Below, piece after piece: positions 26,512-34,353 of a DNA stretch of 34,353 nucleotides; the first letter of the stretch is position 1; each line of letters begins with the position of its first letter. The stretch is from Candidatus Coatesbacteria bacterium. Lineage in GTDB: Bacteria > RBG-13-66-14. The stretch lies in the NCBI GenBank assembly GCA_014728185.1, contig WJMB01000138.1, positions 1 to 34,353 of the forward strand, in the 5' to 3' direction. Below the pieces are notes generated by a model. That model was not told the origin of the DNA and did not search any database. It saw only the letters and a program-made list of their open reading frames with translations. A program made the translations under genes and the position numbers.

Positions 26512-27282
26512 CTAGGCGTCCGAGTCGACAGGATCGACGGCGTTATTCGGACGGTGGAGCTTGCGGCCGAAGAGGCGCCGGAAGGGGCGGCTGATGGCGG
26601 CGAAGCCGTCGCGCAGCGTGGTGCGCAGGGAATCGGCGATGGGTCGCAGCAGGTAGAAACGGGTCATTCCACGAACACTGGTGCGCAAGGCGCCCTGTCG
26701 CCAGGTGAACAAACGGGGAAGTAAGGCGCCGCTGCGACCTTGATAGTCCAGGTATTCCCCGCCGTAACGCTCGATCAGGGAGCGCTCCTCGCGACCCAGC
26801 CTGTACAGGACCAGCGGCAGGGCCAACACGATGTTCGAGAAACCGGCGGCAAAGTTCCAGACCAGCAGGGGTTGGGCCAGGCCCCACAGTAGGTGGGAGG
26901 CGTACATCGGGTGGCGCAGCCGGGCGTAGACGCCCGTGGTCACCAGGTCGGCGCTCTCCCGTGGCTCGGCTCCCGGGCTCCAGTTGGAGGCCAGGTCGGC
27001 GTGGGAGCGCCAGAGCAGCCAGGCCGCGCCGAGCATCAGCACCGAGCCAACCGGGACGGCCCAGCGCCCCAGGGTGTAATCGAAGGTCGCCAGCCAGTCC
27101 GTGGCCGCATAAACAACGGGCAGAACGAACATCCCGGTGAAGGGAAGCAGGGTCAACAGAAGTCCCGTCAAACCGAACCGACGTTCACCCTTCAGCGGTC
27201 GGTTGCCCAGGGTGTAGACGACGCGCAGCGCCGTGAGCAGCGCCAGCAGGGCGAAGTAGACGTAGACGCCGTTGGGTCGCAT
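26512..27282 (-). CDS. Isoprenylcysteine carboxyl methyltransferase (ICMT) family membrane protein
   Basis: WRSHADLASNWS, LVTTGVYARLRHPMY, REERSLIERYGGEYLDY. Confidence 0.88.
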   Translation of the reverse strand: MRPNGVYVYFALLALLTALRVVYTLGNRPLKGERRFGLTGLLLTLLPFTGMFVLPVVYAATDWLATFDYTLGRWAVPVGSVLMLGAAWLLWRSHADLASNWSPGAEPRESADLVTTGVYARLRHPMYASHLLWGLAQPLLVWNFAAGFSNIVLALPLVLYRLGREERSLIERYGGEYLDYQGRSGALLPRLFTWRQGALRTSVRGMTRFYLLRPIADSLRTTLRDGFAAISRPFRRLFGRKLHRPNNAVDPVDSDA

Positions 27283-27459
27283 CGGGTCGTCCTTGAATCA
27301 GGGAAACGCAGTTGGGCGGGAGCTCCGAGATTAACGGAGGCGGGCAAAGGCAAGCGGATGTGATTCTAATACAGCCCGCCGCGCCGGGCAACGGCGGGGT
27401 GGGATTGACGATTACCGGCGACCTCGGCTCGTCGTTCTCGCGCGACTGGGTCGAAAACC

Positions 27460-27541
27460 GGCTTTGGCACGTTTTTTGCGCCGTCCCGCCGCCCCTGGTC
27501 GGCCGGCGATGTCTTCCTGTTGCAAAAAACGTGCCAAAGCC
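27460..27541. promoter_or_regulatory. Inverted repeat made of two convergent sigma54-consensus sites (copy 2)
   Basis: TGGCAC-GTTTT-TTGC at 27465-27479 (+) and 27536-27522 (-), 42-nt spacer. Confidence 0.6.
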
Positions 27542-27736
27542 TGGCGTACATGGGATTGCGCGGGTGCCGGACGAGGGGGGGCCGAGGTCGCCGGTGCGTT
27601 GGCTGACTGAACGCGGATCGACGATTCTTTGCCCCTTTTTGGTCCGATCGGGTTGCCTGATGCCTTCTGGTTCCCACTCGACAACGACCGGGTCCGAGGA
27701 CCCGGCCGCGCGTAAACCCGTGGTTGGGTTATCGGC

Positions 27737-29131
27737 CTAGCGCCAGTGGTCGTGCAGGAAGGCGTCGACCTCGGGCAGGCCGCCCTGGAGCACCACGTAG
27801 GCGTTGTACTGCTCGCGTTCGGTGATTTCGCCGTTGACCGGGGTGAGCATCAGCTCCTTGACCCGCTCGGCGTCGTCGCTCATCCCCAGCGCCCAGCCCA
27901 GCTTGATGTAGGCGGCCTCGGGCAGCATATTCGCCAGGGGGACGACCCCCAGCTCCATCAGGTCGCGCCCGGTGTCATAAACGTACATCTGGGCGTAGCC
28001 CCAGAGGGTCTGCACAGTCATGTAGACCTGAACGCCGGACTCGCAGGCCTTGCGCAGCGGTTCGTAGAGCGGTTTGTTGACGTGGCCCAGTCCGGTCCCG
28101 GCGATGACGATGCCCTTGTAACCGTTGTCGATCAGGCTTTCGATGATGTCGGGCTGCATGTTGGGGTAGTAGTAGACGATGGCCACGCGCTCTTCGAAGA
28201 CGTCATAGAGATTTAGCTTTCGCTCGGGATCGCGCCGGGTGAAATCGCGACGCAGCGGCTCGGGCGGGGCCTCCGGGGTGACGGTGGCCAGCGGGGTGTC
28301 GCCCAGGGTACGGAAGGTGCTGCGGTAAGAGCTGTGCATCTTGCGGACCCGGGTGCCACGGTGCAGCAGATTGTAGCGGTCCGAGGTCGGACCGAACATG
28401 CAGACCAACACCTCGGCCAGCTCGCCGTGGGCGGCGGACTGGGCGGCGCACTGCAGGTTGAAGGCGGCGTCCGATGAGGGGCGGTCGCTGGAGCGCTGGC
28501 TGCCCACCAGGATCACCGGAACGGGGAGGTCCTGGAGCATGTAGGACATGGCGGCGGCGGTGTGATGCAGGGTGTCGGTGCCGTGGCCGATGATGATTCC
28601 GGCGACGCCGTTTTCGATCTGCTTGGCGATCTCCCGGGCGGTAATCAGGTACTGTTCGGGGCCCATGTTCTCGCTGAAGACGCCGAAGAGCTTCTTGGTC
28701 TCGAGGTTGCAGATGTCGGCCAGCTCGGGGCAGGCGCCGTAGAGCTCGCCGGGACTGAAGGCGGGTATCACGGCGCCGGTGCGGTAGTCCAGGCGGCTGG
28801 CGATGGTCCCCCCGGTGCCCAGCAGCGTCACGTTGGGCTTGGCGGGATCAAAGGGAAACTCCTGCTCGGGAATCTTGTAATGGGCCTCTTTGTAGTCGTG
28901 CTCGACGATGCTCTGGATGCGTTCCACGGCGATGCCGATGTTGTAGCCCGTGTTCATCTTGAGCACGATGTGGCGGTCGTCGGCCTGTTCGGAGCGCGGC
29001 AGGATGATGCCGGAGAACTCGCCGGTGTCGGTAGTGATGGTGCAGTCACTCCAGACCCGGGCGCCAAGCCGCTTGAGCAGCTCGCGTCCCCGGCCGCGGT
29101 AGCCCTTGTAGGGATCGGGGGTGTCGGTCAT
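27737..29131 (-). CDS. gatD: Glu-tRNA(Gln) amidotransferase subunit D (archaeal type; asparaginase fold with N-terminal domain)
   Basis: ATG at 29131 after GGAG; N-domain VLKMNTGYNIGI; TGGTIASRLDYRTGAV, HGTDT, GSQRSSDRPSSD, GTRVRKMHS, GTGLGHV, MLPEAAYIKLGWALG. Confidence 0.88.
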   Translation of the reverse strand: MTDTPDPYKGYRGRGRELLKRLGARVWSDCTITTDTGEFSGIILPRSEQADDRHIVLKMNTGYNIGIAVERIQSIVEHDYKEAHYKIPEQEFPFDPAKPNVTLLGTGGTIASRLDYRTGAVIPAFSPGELYGACPELADICNLETKKLFGVFSENMGPEQYLITAREIAKQIENGVAGIIIGHGTDTLHHTAAAMSYMLQDLPVPVILVGSQRSSDRPSSDAAFNLQCAAQSAAHGELAEVLVCMFGPTSDRYNLLHRGTRVRKMHSSYRSTFRTLGDTPLATVTPEAPPEPLRRDFTRRDPERKLNLYDVFEERVAIVYYYPNMQPDIIESLIDNGYKGIVIAGTGLGHVNKPLYEPLRKACESGVQVYMTVQTLWGYAQMYVYDTGRDLMELGVVPLANMLPEAAYIKLGWALGMSDDAERVKELMLTPVNGEITEREQYNAYVVLQGGLPEVDAFLHDHWR

Positions 29132-29194
29132 CGTCGCTCCAGTGTCTTTGCGTCCGGATGCAGCTTCCAGTATGGTTGTCCGGCGAGAGAGGCG

Positions 29195-29224
29195 ATTGTA
29201 GCAACGCTCGACCGCTTTAGTAAA
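29195..29224 (-). promoter_or_regulatory. Promoter of gatD
   Basis: TTTACT-18 nt-TACAAT with a TG extension. Confidence 0.5.
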
Positions 29225-29361
29225 GCCTCTCAAGCCGGGCCTTCGACCGGAGGGAAAGCCGACCATTCACAAGTCCTCGTCTACGCTTCGAGTCGGATAT
29301 GCCCCACATTTGCCAGACCGCACATCGCCTGCTATAGTGAGTCTATGTCGATACTCGGCTT

Positions 29362-29470
29362 AATATCATCTGCTCTGTCCGGACCGAATATTGATTGTAA
29401 CCTTCTGAAAACACTAATGATGAACCTCAGATACTACTCAGAAAACCGGCTGTTAAAAAGGCGGTGGCAA
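29362..29470 (-). repeat. Degenerate family C end fragment
   Basis: CTCTGTCCGGACCGAATATTGATTGTAACC resembles 29612-29641. Confidence 0.5.
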
Positions 29471-29600
29471 TCAAAGGGCGTTATCTGTAGCAGATTTTAG
29501 TATCAACGTGCTTGAATGTGCCCTGAGGGCAGCGAGCTACCTGGACCTAAGTACAGTAATAACAAGCACTAAGGGCGCACCAAGTTAACGCTATATAAAA

Positions 29601-30147
29601 GGCATCGAATACCCTGTCCGGACCTGATCGTGATTGTATCCCGTTGATAATAGACTTGATTGGTATCGGATACCTGTCACGAAACAGGCTTTTAATAATT
29701 GCATGGGATCACTTAATGGTCACGGACAATAGTGTTACTGGAGATCGTTCTGATACAAGCTGTCATTGGGCAATCAGGTTTGCACATCGAATTAGTTGTT
29801 TGTGGCAGGTACGTGGATTTCCACATTCCCAGGATACCCTGACGACGTCACGAAGCTCCATTATCAACTGCCTGGCGCAATGGGTTTCGATGACGATTCG
29901 TCGATGCTAAGTAACCATTTATCATGTATATATAACTAGCAGGCACCGAGGGCTTGAGTTGGCAGGCCAAACATCATTCGGCAAAGCCTCGTATCAGCGG
30001 CTTTTTTCGAGGTGGATCGGTGTTTCGACTTGAAGCTGGTTGGTCCGAGGTCGTGTGTGATGCCAACTGCATTTCTGGTAAGTGAAGAACGGCCCAACAA
30101 CCCGCTCCCAATCAGCCTGATCTGGTCCTATCACGTTCCATGATGTT
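29601..30147 (-). mobile_element. Family C copy (29601-29704 plus ~30065-30147) interrupted by A copy 4
   Basis: Starts GGCATCGAATACCCTGTCCGGACC; far end GGTCCTATCACGTTCCATGATGTT matches 11382-11405. Confidence 0.7.
29705..30064 (+). mobile_element. MITE-like family A, copy 4 (360 bp) with 8-bp TSD
   Basis: GGGATCACTTAA...GTGTGTGATGCC, flanked by AATTGCAT / AACTGCAT (7/8). Confidence 0.9.
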
Positions 30148-30239
30148 CTCGCTTTCAGGCATTCCCGTTGTCCCGCGAGGACGTTACTCTACTTGCCTGT
30201 CAATAACCGCTCCACACAGTAAAGCGAAAGGAGCCCGCT

Positions 30240-30905
30240 ATGAAACGACTGCTGCCCCTGCTTTTTGCGGCGGGCGTGATGGCCCTGCCCACGGTCGAAG
30301 CCGCCGCTCCGGCCGACGACCTCCTCTTCACCGAGGACTGGGGCGATCCCGCCTCCTGGAACATCAACAATCCGCCCACCGGCTGGACGATCAACGACCT
30401 GGTCCCCGGCGGGAACCTGGGCTGGGTCCACGACACCTTCCAGGACGGCCACAGCGCCCATGTGGATTACAGCCCGACGGAAACCAGCTTCCAGTACGAG
30501 CTGCTGATGGATAGCCACAGCGTGGACTGCTCCGGCTACAGCGAGATCGAGCTGGCGATGGACTTCGTCCTCGACTGGTACACCACCGCCGGCGGTGTCT
30601 TCGAGATCTGGGTCTCCACCGACGACTGGGCCGGCTACGACGTCGCGCTGACCCACAGCTACGCCGACGGCAGCGTCGGTTACTACGATTGCTGAGGCGG
30701 CGCCCACTCTTACGAGGCCGTGGTTTACGGTCTCGCAGACTACGCCGCTGGATATGACAACGTCAAGCTGGGCTTCGTCCTCTCGGGCACCGACACCTAC
30801 GACAACCTGGACGGCTTGCTGATCGACAACCTTGAAATCCGCGGGGAGGCGGGCAGCCGGACCGAGGTAGCCAGCTTCGGCGAGATCAAAGGCGCCTACC
30901 ACTAG
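30240..30905 (+). CDS. Secreted protein (221 codons) with an in-frame TGA at 30693-30695; candidate selenoprotein, otherwise a nonsense pseudogene
   Basis: RBS AAGGAG; signal peptide; ORFs 30240-30695 and 30720-30905 share a frame with one TGA between them; ends in a MAM/jelly-roll-like LIDNLEI strand and TEVASFGEIKGAYH; terminator follows the second half. Confidence 0.7.
30708..30739 (+). promoter_or_regulatory. Candidate bacterial SECIS element
   Basis: CGAGGCCGT-GGTTT-ACGGTCTCG 9-bp stem plus TCT/AGA lower pairs; G-starting loop 26 nt after the TGA. Confidence 0.45.
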
Positions 30906-30933
30906 GCATTGTCGGGTAGAAGCAAAGCGGCAC

Positions 30934-30960
30934 GGGGACCGGGTTTACCGGTCCCCTTTT
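30934..30960 (+). terminator. Intrinsic terminator
   Basis: GGGGACCGG-gttta-CCGGTCCCC followed by TTTT. Confidence 0.85.
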
Positions 30961-30989
30961 CCATTCTAAGTGTCGCTCGTTGTCCCTTT

Positions 30990-31059
30990 AACGTTGGTTC
31001 AGTTGCAGGTGATAATCCCATTAGCGATATGCATCAGTTCAGGTGCGTGTGATATTTTC
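30990..31059. repeat. Two stacked family B termini
   Basis: 30996-31019 GGTTCAGTTGCAGGTGATAATCCC (one B end), then 31021-31059, which matches 5608-5646 (the other B end). Confidence 0.7.
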
Positions 31060-31063
31060 AACC

Positions 31064-31087
31064 AAAAAGCCCGCCGGAGCGGGCTTT
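31064..31087 (-). terminator. Intrinsic terminator of iscU
   Basis: AAAGCCCGC-loop-GCGGGCTTT; the A5 tract gives a U run on the minus strand. Confidence 0.75.
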
Positions 31088-31118
31088 CGTTTTATCTAGT
31101 TTCTGGAAGATCACGGAG

Positions 31119-31583
31119 CTATTCGGGTTCACCCTCGGCGAACTCTGCGTGGTGCTCGTGGTCGCATTCGCCGCCCAGGTCCATCTTGTCCATCTCCGGG
31201 CATTCGCCGTTGCGGCGGCAGCGGTAATGGGCGATCGCGGCGCGCAGGGCGTCGGTGGCCAGGTTGCTGCAGTGCATCTTGATCTTGGGCAGGCCGCCCA
31301 GGGCCTGGGCGACGGCGTCCCGCGTCAGCTTCTCGGCTTCGTCCAGGGTCATCCCCTTGGCCAACTCCGTGGTAATCGAGCTGGTGGCGATCGCCGCACC
31401 GCAGCCGAAGGTCTTGAAGGTGCAGTCGGTGATGCGCTCGTTCTCATCGACCTTGATGTAGATCTCCATGATGTCGCCGCAGGAGGGGTTGCCGACTCGG
31501 CCGATGCCGTCGGCGTCCTCCAGGGTTCCCACGTTGCGCGGGTTCATGAAGTGGTCCATCACCTTTTCGGTGTAAGCGTCCAT
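31119..31583 (-). CDS. iscU: Fe-S cluster scaffold IscU/NifU-N with a Cys/His-rich tail
   Basis: YTEKVMDHFMNPRNVG, GNPSCGD, FKTFGCGAAIA, LGGLPKIKMHCSNLA. Confidence 0.92.
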   Translation of the reverse strand: MDAYTEKVMDHFMNPRNVGTLEDADGIGRVGNPSCGDIMEIYIKVDENERITDCTFKTFGCGAAIATSSITTELAKGMTLDEAEKLTRDAVAQALGGLPKIKMHCSNLATDALRAAIAHYRCRRNGECPEMDKMDLGGECDHEHHAEFAEGEPE

Positions 31584-31634
31584 CTCTAGGTTACCTCGGT
31601 TGGAGTGTGAACTTTACCAGCTTGGCACAATCCC

Positions 31635-31663
31635 AGTATGCCACAAAAGGAATTAAACGGCAA
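31635..31663 (-). promoter_or_regulatory. Promoter of iscU
   Basis: TTGCCG-17 nt-CATACT; a TGGCA-N11-TGCCA inverted repeat (31623-31643) overlaps the -10. Confidence 0.5.
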
Positions 31664-31866
31664 TCATGTAGGGAATTATCTTCAGCGGTTTGAGCGGCGG
31701 AGGTATCCGCCCACATTCGAGCGATAGTCGAGAAGCGGTAGCCTCCGTTATCATTCCACGAAGCTGAACAGGCAGGTTCGCACAGATAGCCGCCGCAAGG
31801 GAGTTACGCCATCTCTGGTTTTCCGTTTGTTACTATCACTCGTATTCGAACCGCTAGATACAGTCA

Positions 31867-32189
31867 GGCATCATGGTACGTGATCGGACCAAATCTGGGC
31901 GGATATTGCACGGTGCACTGAACAGGTACTCGTTGTTTGTGTGCGCCCGAGTTTGATCCCGATTTTACCACGCGCAGCCTTATTGCTTGAATATGAAGCA
32001 GTTATGAGTCGAGCGGTATTCGGGTGACCGTTAACTGCAAGGCAATAGGCAGGGTGGGTTATCCTCCGAGCACACACCTTGCAACCGCCACTATTTTGAT
32101 CGCTGAAAAGTGACAGGCACCTTTTCTACTGTACGTTTGTTATCAGCAGATTACAAACGAAACCCGGTCCGAACAGGGTATATGATCCC
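31867..32189 (+). mobile_element. MITE-like family C, full-length copy (323 bp)
   Basis: Ends GGCATCATGGTACGTGATCGGACC / GGTCCGAACAGGGTATATGATCCC; aligns with 11088-11405 in reverse and with 24418-24641. Confidence 0.85.
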
Positions 32190-32238
32190 ATTGAACGATA
32201 TTCTGTAACACTCTGATCCGTGACAGCTAAGTGATCCC
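32190..32238 (-). repeat. Isolated family A end abutting the C copy
   Basis: ATTGAACGATATTCTGTAACACTCTGATCCGTGACAGCTAAGTGATCCC matches 14553-14601. Confidence 0.8.
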
Positions 32239-32472
32239 TGCTGGAGTTTTTTAGCTGGGCCGAAAACAAGTAAGCGCAAGGGATCGGATGCTCGGTCCGA
32301 AGAGGCTACACGATCCCCCGCGAAACTTCTAAACAGCGGAAACGCCGGCCACCCGCTTTCGCTCGGTGCGAAGCCCAGGTAACGCAGAGCCGTCCCCATG
32401 TTCCGCCGTTATGTATCGGATTGACAGACCTTCAACGGGGCATACCCGTCCAGCTTGGTCATAGATAGCACC

Positions 32473-32496
32473 ACGGGGCGGTCCGGACCGCCCCGT
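32473..32496. terminator. Perfect 24-bp palindrome downstream of the DUF4349-like cluster
   Basis: ACGGGGCGGTCCGGACCGCCCCGT; no clear U tract. Confidence 0.4.
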
Positions 32497-32522
32497 CACT
32501 CAAAGCGTGGACGCCTTGCCCG

Positions 32523-33383
32523 CTAGGCTTTCCTCCGGCGGCGCAGGCGGCGGATCAGCAGGAAGATTCCCAGCCCCAAGCCGCAAACGGGCACCCCGAC
32601 CACCAAGACGATGATCAGCACCCGCAGCACGTGGAGCAGGATGATGTAGCCCCGGGTGAAGCCTGTGCCGGTGAGCCGGGCCGCCGGATCGGCGATCAGC
32701 CCCTCCTCGGCGGTCAGGGTCAGGTAGACCGGGGTGACGCCGGAGGCGCCGTCCAGGCTCGGGTATTGAGCCAGCAGGGCTGCCTCTTCGTTTTCGATGG
32801 TCAGCAGGCGGTAGCGCAGCTCGGCGGCTTCGGCGCTTCCGGCCTCCTCGAGCTGGCGTTCCAGGGCGGCTCGCTGGGCCCGCAGGTCTCGCAGCTCGGT
32901 AGCGGCCGTGTGGTACTCGTTGCTGACGTCGACGGTGTAGCGCTCCTCGCGCAGCACCTCGCCCAGGGCCCCCAGGCGACGCACCAGGCGGTCGCGTTCT
33001 GAGACGTTAACCAGTTGCAGCAGCCAGCCGGCGGCGGGTTCGTCGGTGGGCCGCAGGTAGGAAAGGCGGGCCAGGTAGCCGTCATGGTCGTCCAACAGCT
33101 CCCGGATGCTCTCCAGCGTCCCGCTAAAATCCTCGACCTGGAGAACGAGGCTGGTGGTCACCCGGAGCATCCGCGGCCGAGTGACGGTGTCGTAGCCCGT
33201 GCCGTCGGGTCGGGGCAAGGTCAGGGTGACCTCGTCGCCGGCGGGCTCGACGGCGGGGACGACGGCGTAGTCCTCGAGATGCTCCTCGAGGGCCGGCCCC
33301 TCGTAGGAGGTGCTCTCGCAGCCGGAGAGGATCAGCGCTGCGGCCAGGACCGCAGCGAAGGCGGCGGTTGCTCGGCGCATCAC
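32523..33383 (-). CDS. DUF4349-like lipoprotein with a C-terminal membrane anchor
   Basis: Lipobox LSGC; LVLQVEDF, LGEVLREERYTVDVSNEY, coiled coil, C-terminal TM and RRRRK. Confidence 0.75.
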   Translation of the reverse strand: MMRRATAAFAAVLAAALILSGCESTSYEGPALEEHLEDYAVVPAVEPAGDEVTLTLPRPDGTGYDTVTRPRMLRVTTSLVLQVEDFSGTLESIRELLDDHDGYLARLSYLRPTDEPAAGWLLQLVNVSERDRLVRRLGALGEVLREERYTVDVSNEYHTAATELRDLRAQRAALERQLEEAGSAEAAELRYRLLTIENEEAALLAQYPSLDGASGVTPVYLTLTAEEGLIADPAARLTGTGFTRGYIILLHVLRVLIIVLVVGVPVCGLGLGIFLLIRRLRRRRKA

Positions 33384-34045
33384 TCCCCCTTCCGCTCGCG
33401 CAGCCGCCCGATGCGCAGCCCGACGAAGAAGGCCAGGATGACGATCACCAGGGCCGGCACGATTGTGGTGAAGATGAAGCTGGCCGCCGGGCCGAAGGCC
33501 GGATCGGGTCGGGGGGTCAGGACCAGCTCGAGGCTGTGGCGCTCGGTGGCTTCGCTCAGCTCGTCGAGGCGTCGCCGGGTGTCCTCGAGCTCGCCCTCCA
33601 GTGTGCTGAGCTGACGCTGGCGGCGGATGCGCTCATCGGCGGAGAGGCCGGTCTGCTCCACGGCCACACTCGCGGAGGCGACGCGTTCCTCCAGGCGCTC
33701 GACCTGTGCGTTCAGTTCTGCGAGCAGATCACCGACGACGTCCAGGCGCGAGGTCTCGCTCTCGACAAGGCCCAGACCGCGCAGCTCGGTCACGGTGCGT
33801 CGGGAGGTCTCGGCGGGCAGGCGGTATTCCAGATAGGCGACGCGACCGTCCGCCGACTCCTCGACCTCACGGGAGACCAGCAGGGCATCGCGCTCGGCCA
33901 GCAGGGTCTCGACGCTGGTCAATCCGGCATCGAAGTCATCGAGGGCCAGAACCAGCTCGACCTCGTAGACCCGGGGAGCGGCCCGGGACAGCGGAACCAG
34001 AGCGACCAGGGCCAGCGTCGTCAGGATCGGGATTGCGCGGCGCAC
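33380..34045 (-). CDS. DUF4349-like exported protein
   Basis: Signal peptide; YRLPAE, LRGLGLVESETSRLDVV, coiled coil, C-terminal TM; stop overlaps the next start. Confidence 0.7.
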   Translation of the reverse strand: MRRAIPILTTLALVALVPLSRAAPRVYEVELVLALDDFDAGLTSVETLLAERDALLVSREVEESADGRVAYLEYRLPAETSRRTVTELRGLGLVESETSRLDVVGDLLAELNAQVERLEERVASASVAVEQTGLSADERIRRQRQLSTLEGELEDTRRRLDELSEATERHSLELVLTPRPDPAFGPAASFIFTTIVPALVIVILAFFVGLRIGRLRERKGE

Positions 34046-34047
34046 GA

Positions 34048-34353
34048 TTACTCACCGCCCCGGCGCAGCAACCGGACGATCCAGCGGGCCAACAGGAAGG
34101 TCGGAACACCGAGCACGGCCAGGGCCAGAACCACGCCGATGATTACCACGAAGACGCGCAGGATGTTGACGATGGCGATGTAGGCCATCTCGAAACCGTC
34201 GGCGATGACCCGGTCACCGCGGAAGGTCGTCCCGGGCTCGTCCTCGGTCAGCGTGATGCGGATCTTGGGCAGAGTGACCAGGTCGTCGAAGTTCTTCAGC
34301 CGACCCTCGGCCTCGGAGAGGCTATAGTCCATCTCGTTGAGGCGTCGGTCGAG
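34048..34353 (-). CDS. DUF4349-like protein, C-terminal part (runs off the window)
   Basis: AEGRLKNFDDLVTLPKIRITLTE followed by a TM segment and a basic tail, as in the two downstream paralogs. Confidence 0.7.
   Translation of the reverse strand, partial: LDRRLNEMDYSLSEAEGRLKNFDDLVTLPKIRITLTEDEPGTTFRGDRVIADGFEMAYIAIVNILRVFVVIIGVVLALAVLGVPTFLLARWIVRLLRRGGE

Noticed and set aside
29132-29266. Longer GatD start from the ORF track (also starts at 67, 4165 and 20223)
   Set aside because: Downstream starts have an RBS and family-typical N-termini; the gatD and 4165 extensions overlap predicted promoters
30693-30695. Genome-wide TGA reassignment as the explanation for the in-frame stop
   Set aside because: TGA clearly terminates other genes here (1239, 2685, rplT, infC, thrS, 22814)
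1248-32238. Reading the repeats as CRISPR arrays, integron attC sites, group II intron remnants or IS200/IS605 omega-RNA elements
   Set aside because: No regular repeat-spacer period, no GTTRRRY cores, no GUGYG/domain V; TIRs plus 8-bp TSDs point to DDE-type elements

Overview
High-GC genomic window from a diderm, probably anaerobic bacterium (TonB-dependent receptor, beta-barrel protein, CoA-activase pair). A C-terminal 'SFGEIKGAYH' motif and an archaeal-type GatD hint at an uncultured candidate-phylum lineage (inference). Housekeeping core on the minus strand: thrS-infC-rpmI-rplT-pheS-pheT, a ZapB-like protein and a TonB receptor. Also present: HU/IHF, a bS22/mS38-like peptide, thiE, a degenerate M1-peptidase/beta-barrel fusion, a MacB-type permease, a TPR-esterase, an ICMT-family protein, gatD, iscU and three tandem DUF4349-like genes. 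Three signals stand out. (1) Most long, lower-GC intergenic gaps contain at least three families (A, B, C) of ~320-370 bp non-coding MITE-like elements. Their interiors look unrelated, but they share a ~24-bp terminal signature GG(G/C)AT(C/T)A(C/T)-N9/10-(C/T)G(G/A)AC(C/A), have 8-bp target-site duplications, and are nested, stacked and mosaic. (2) A secreted-protein gene (30240-30905) has an in-frame TGA in a Cys-TGA-Gly-Gly context followed by a SECIS-like hairpin, making it a candidate new selenoprotein. (3) Two unlinked hairpin elements have arms that are face-to-face sigma54 -24/-12 consensus sites. No tRNA, rRNA, CRISPR array or transposase gene was seen. All alignments were done by eye.
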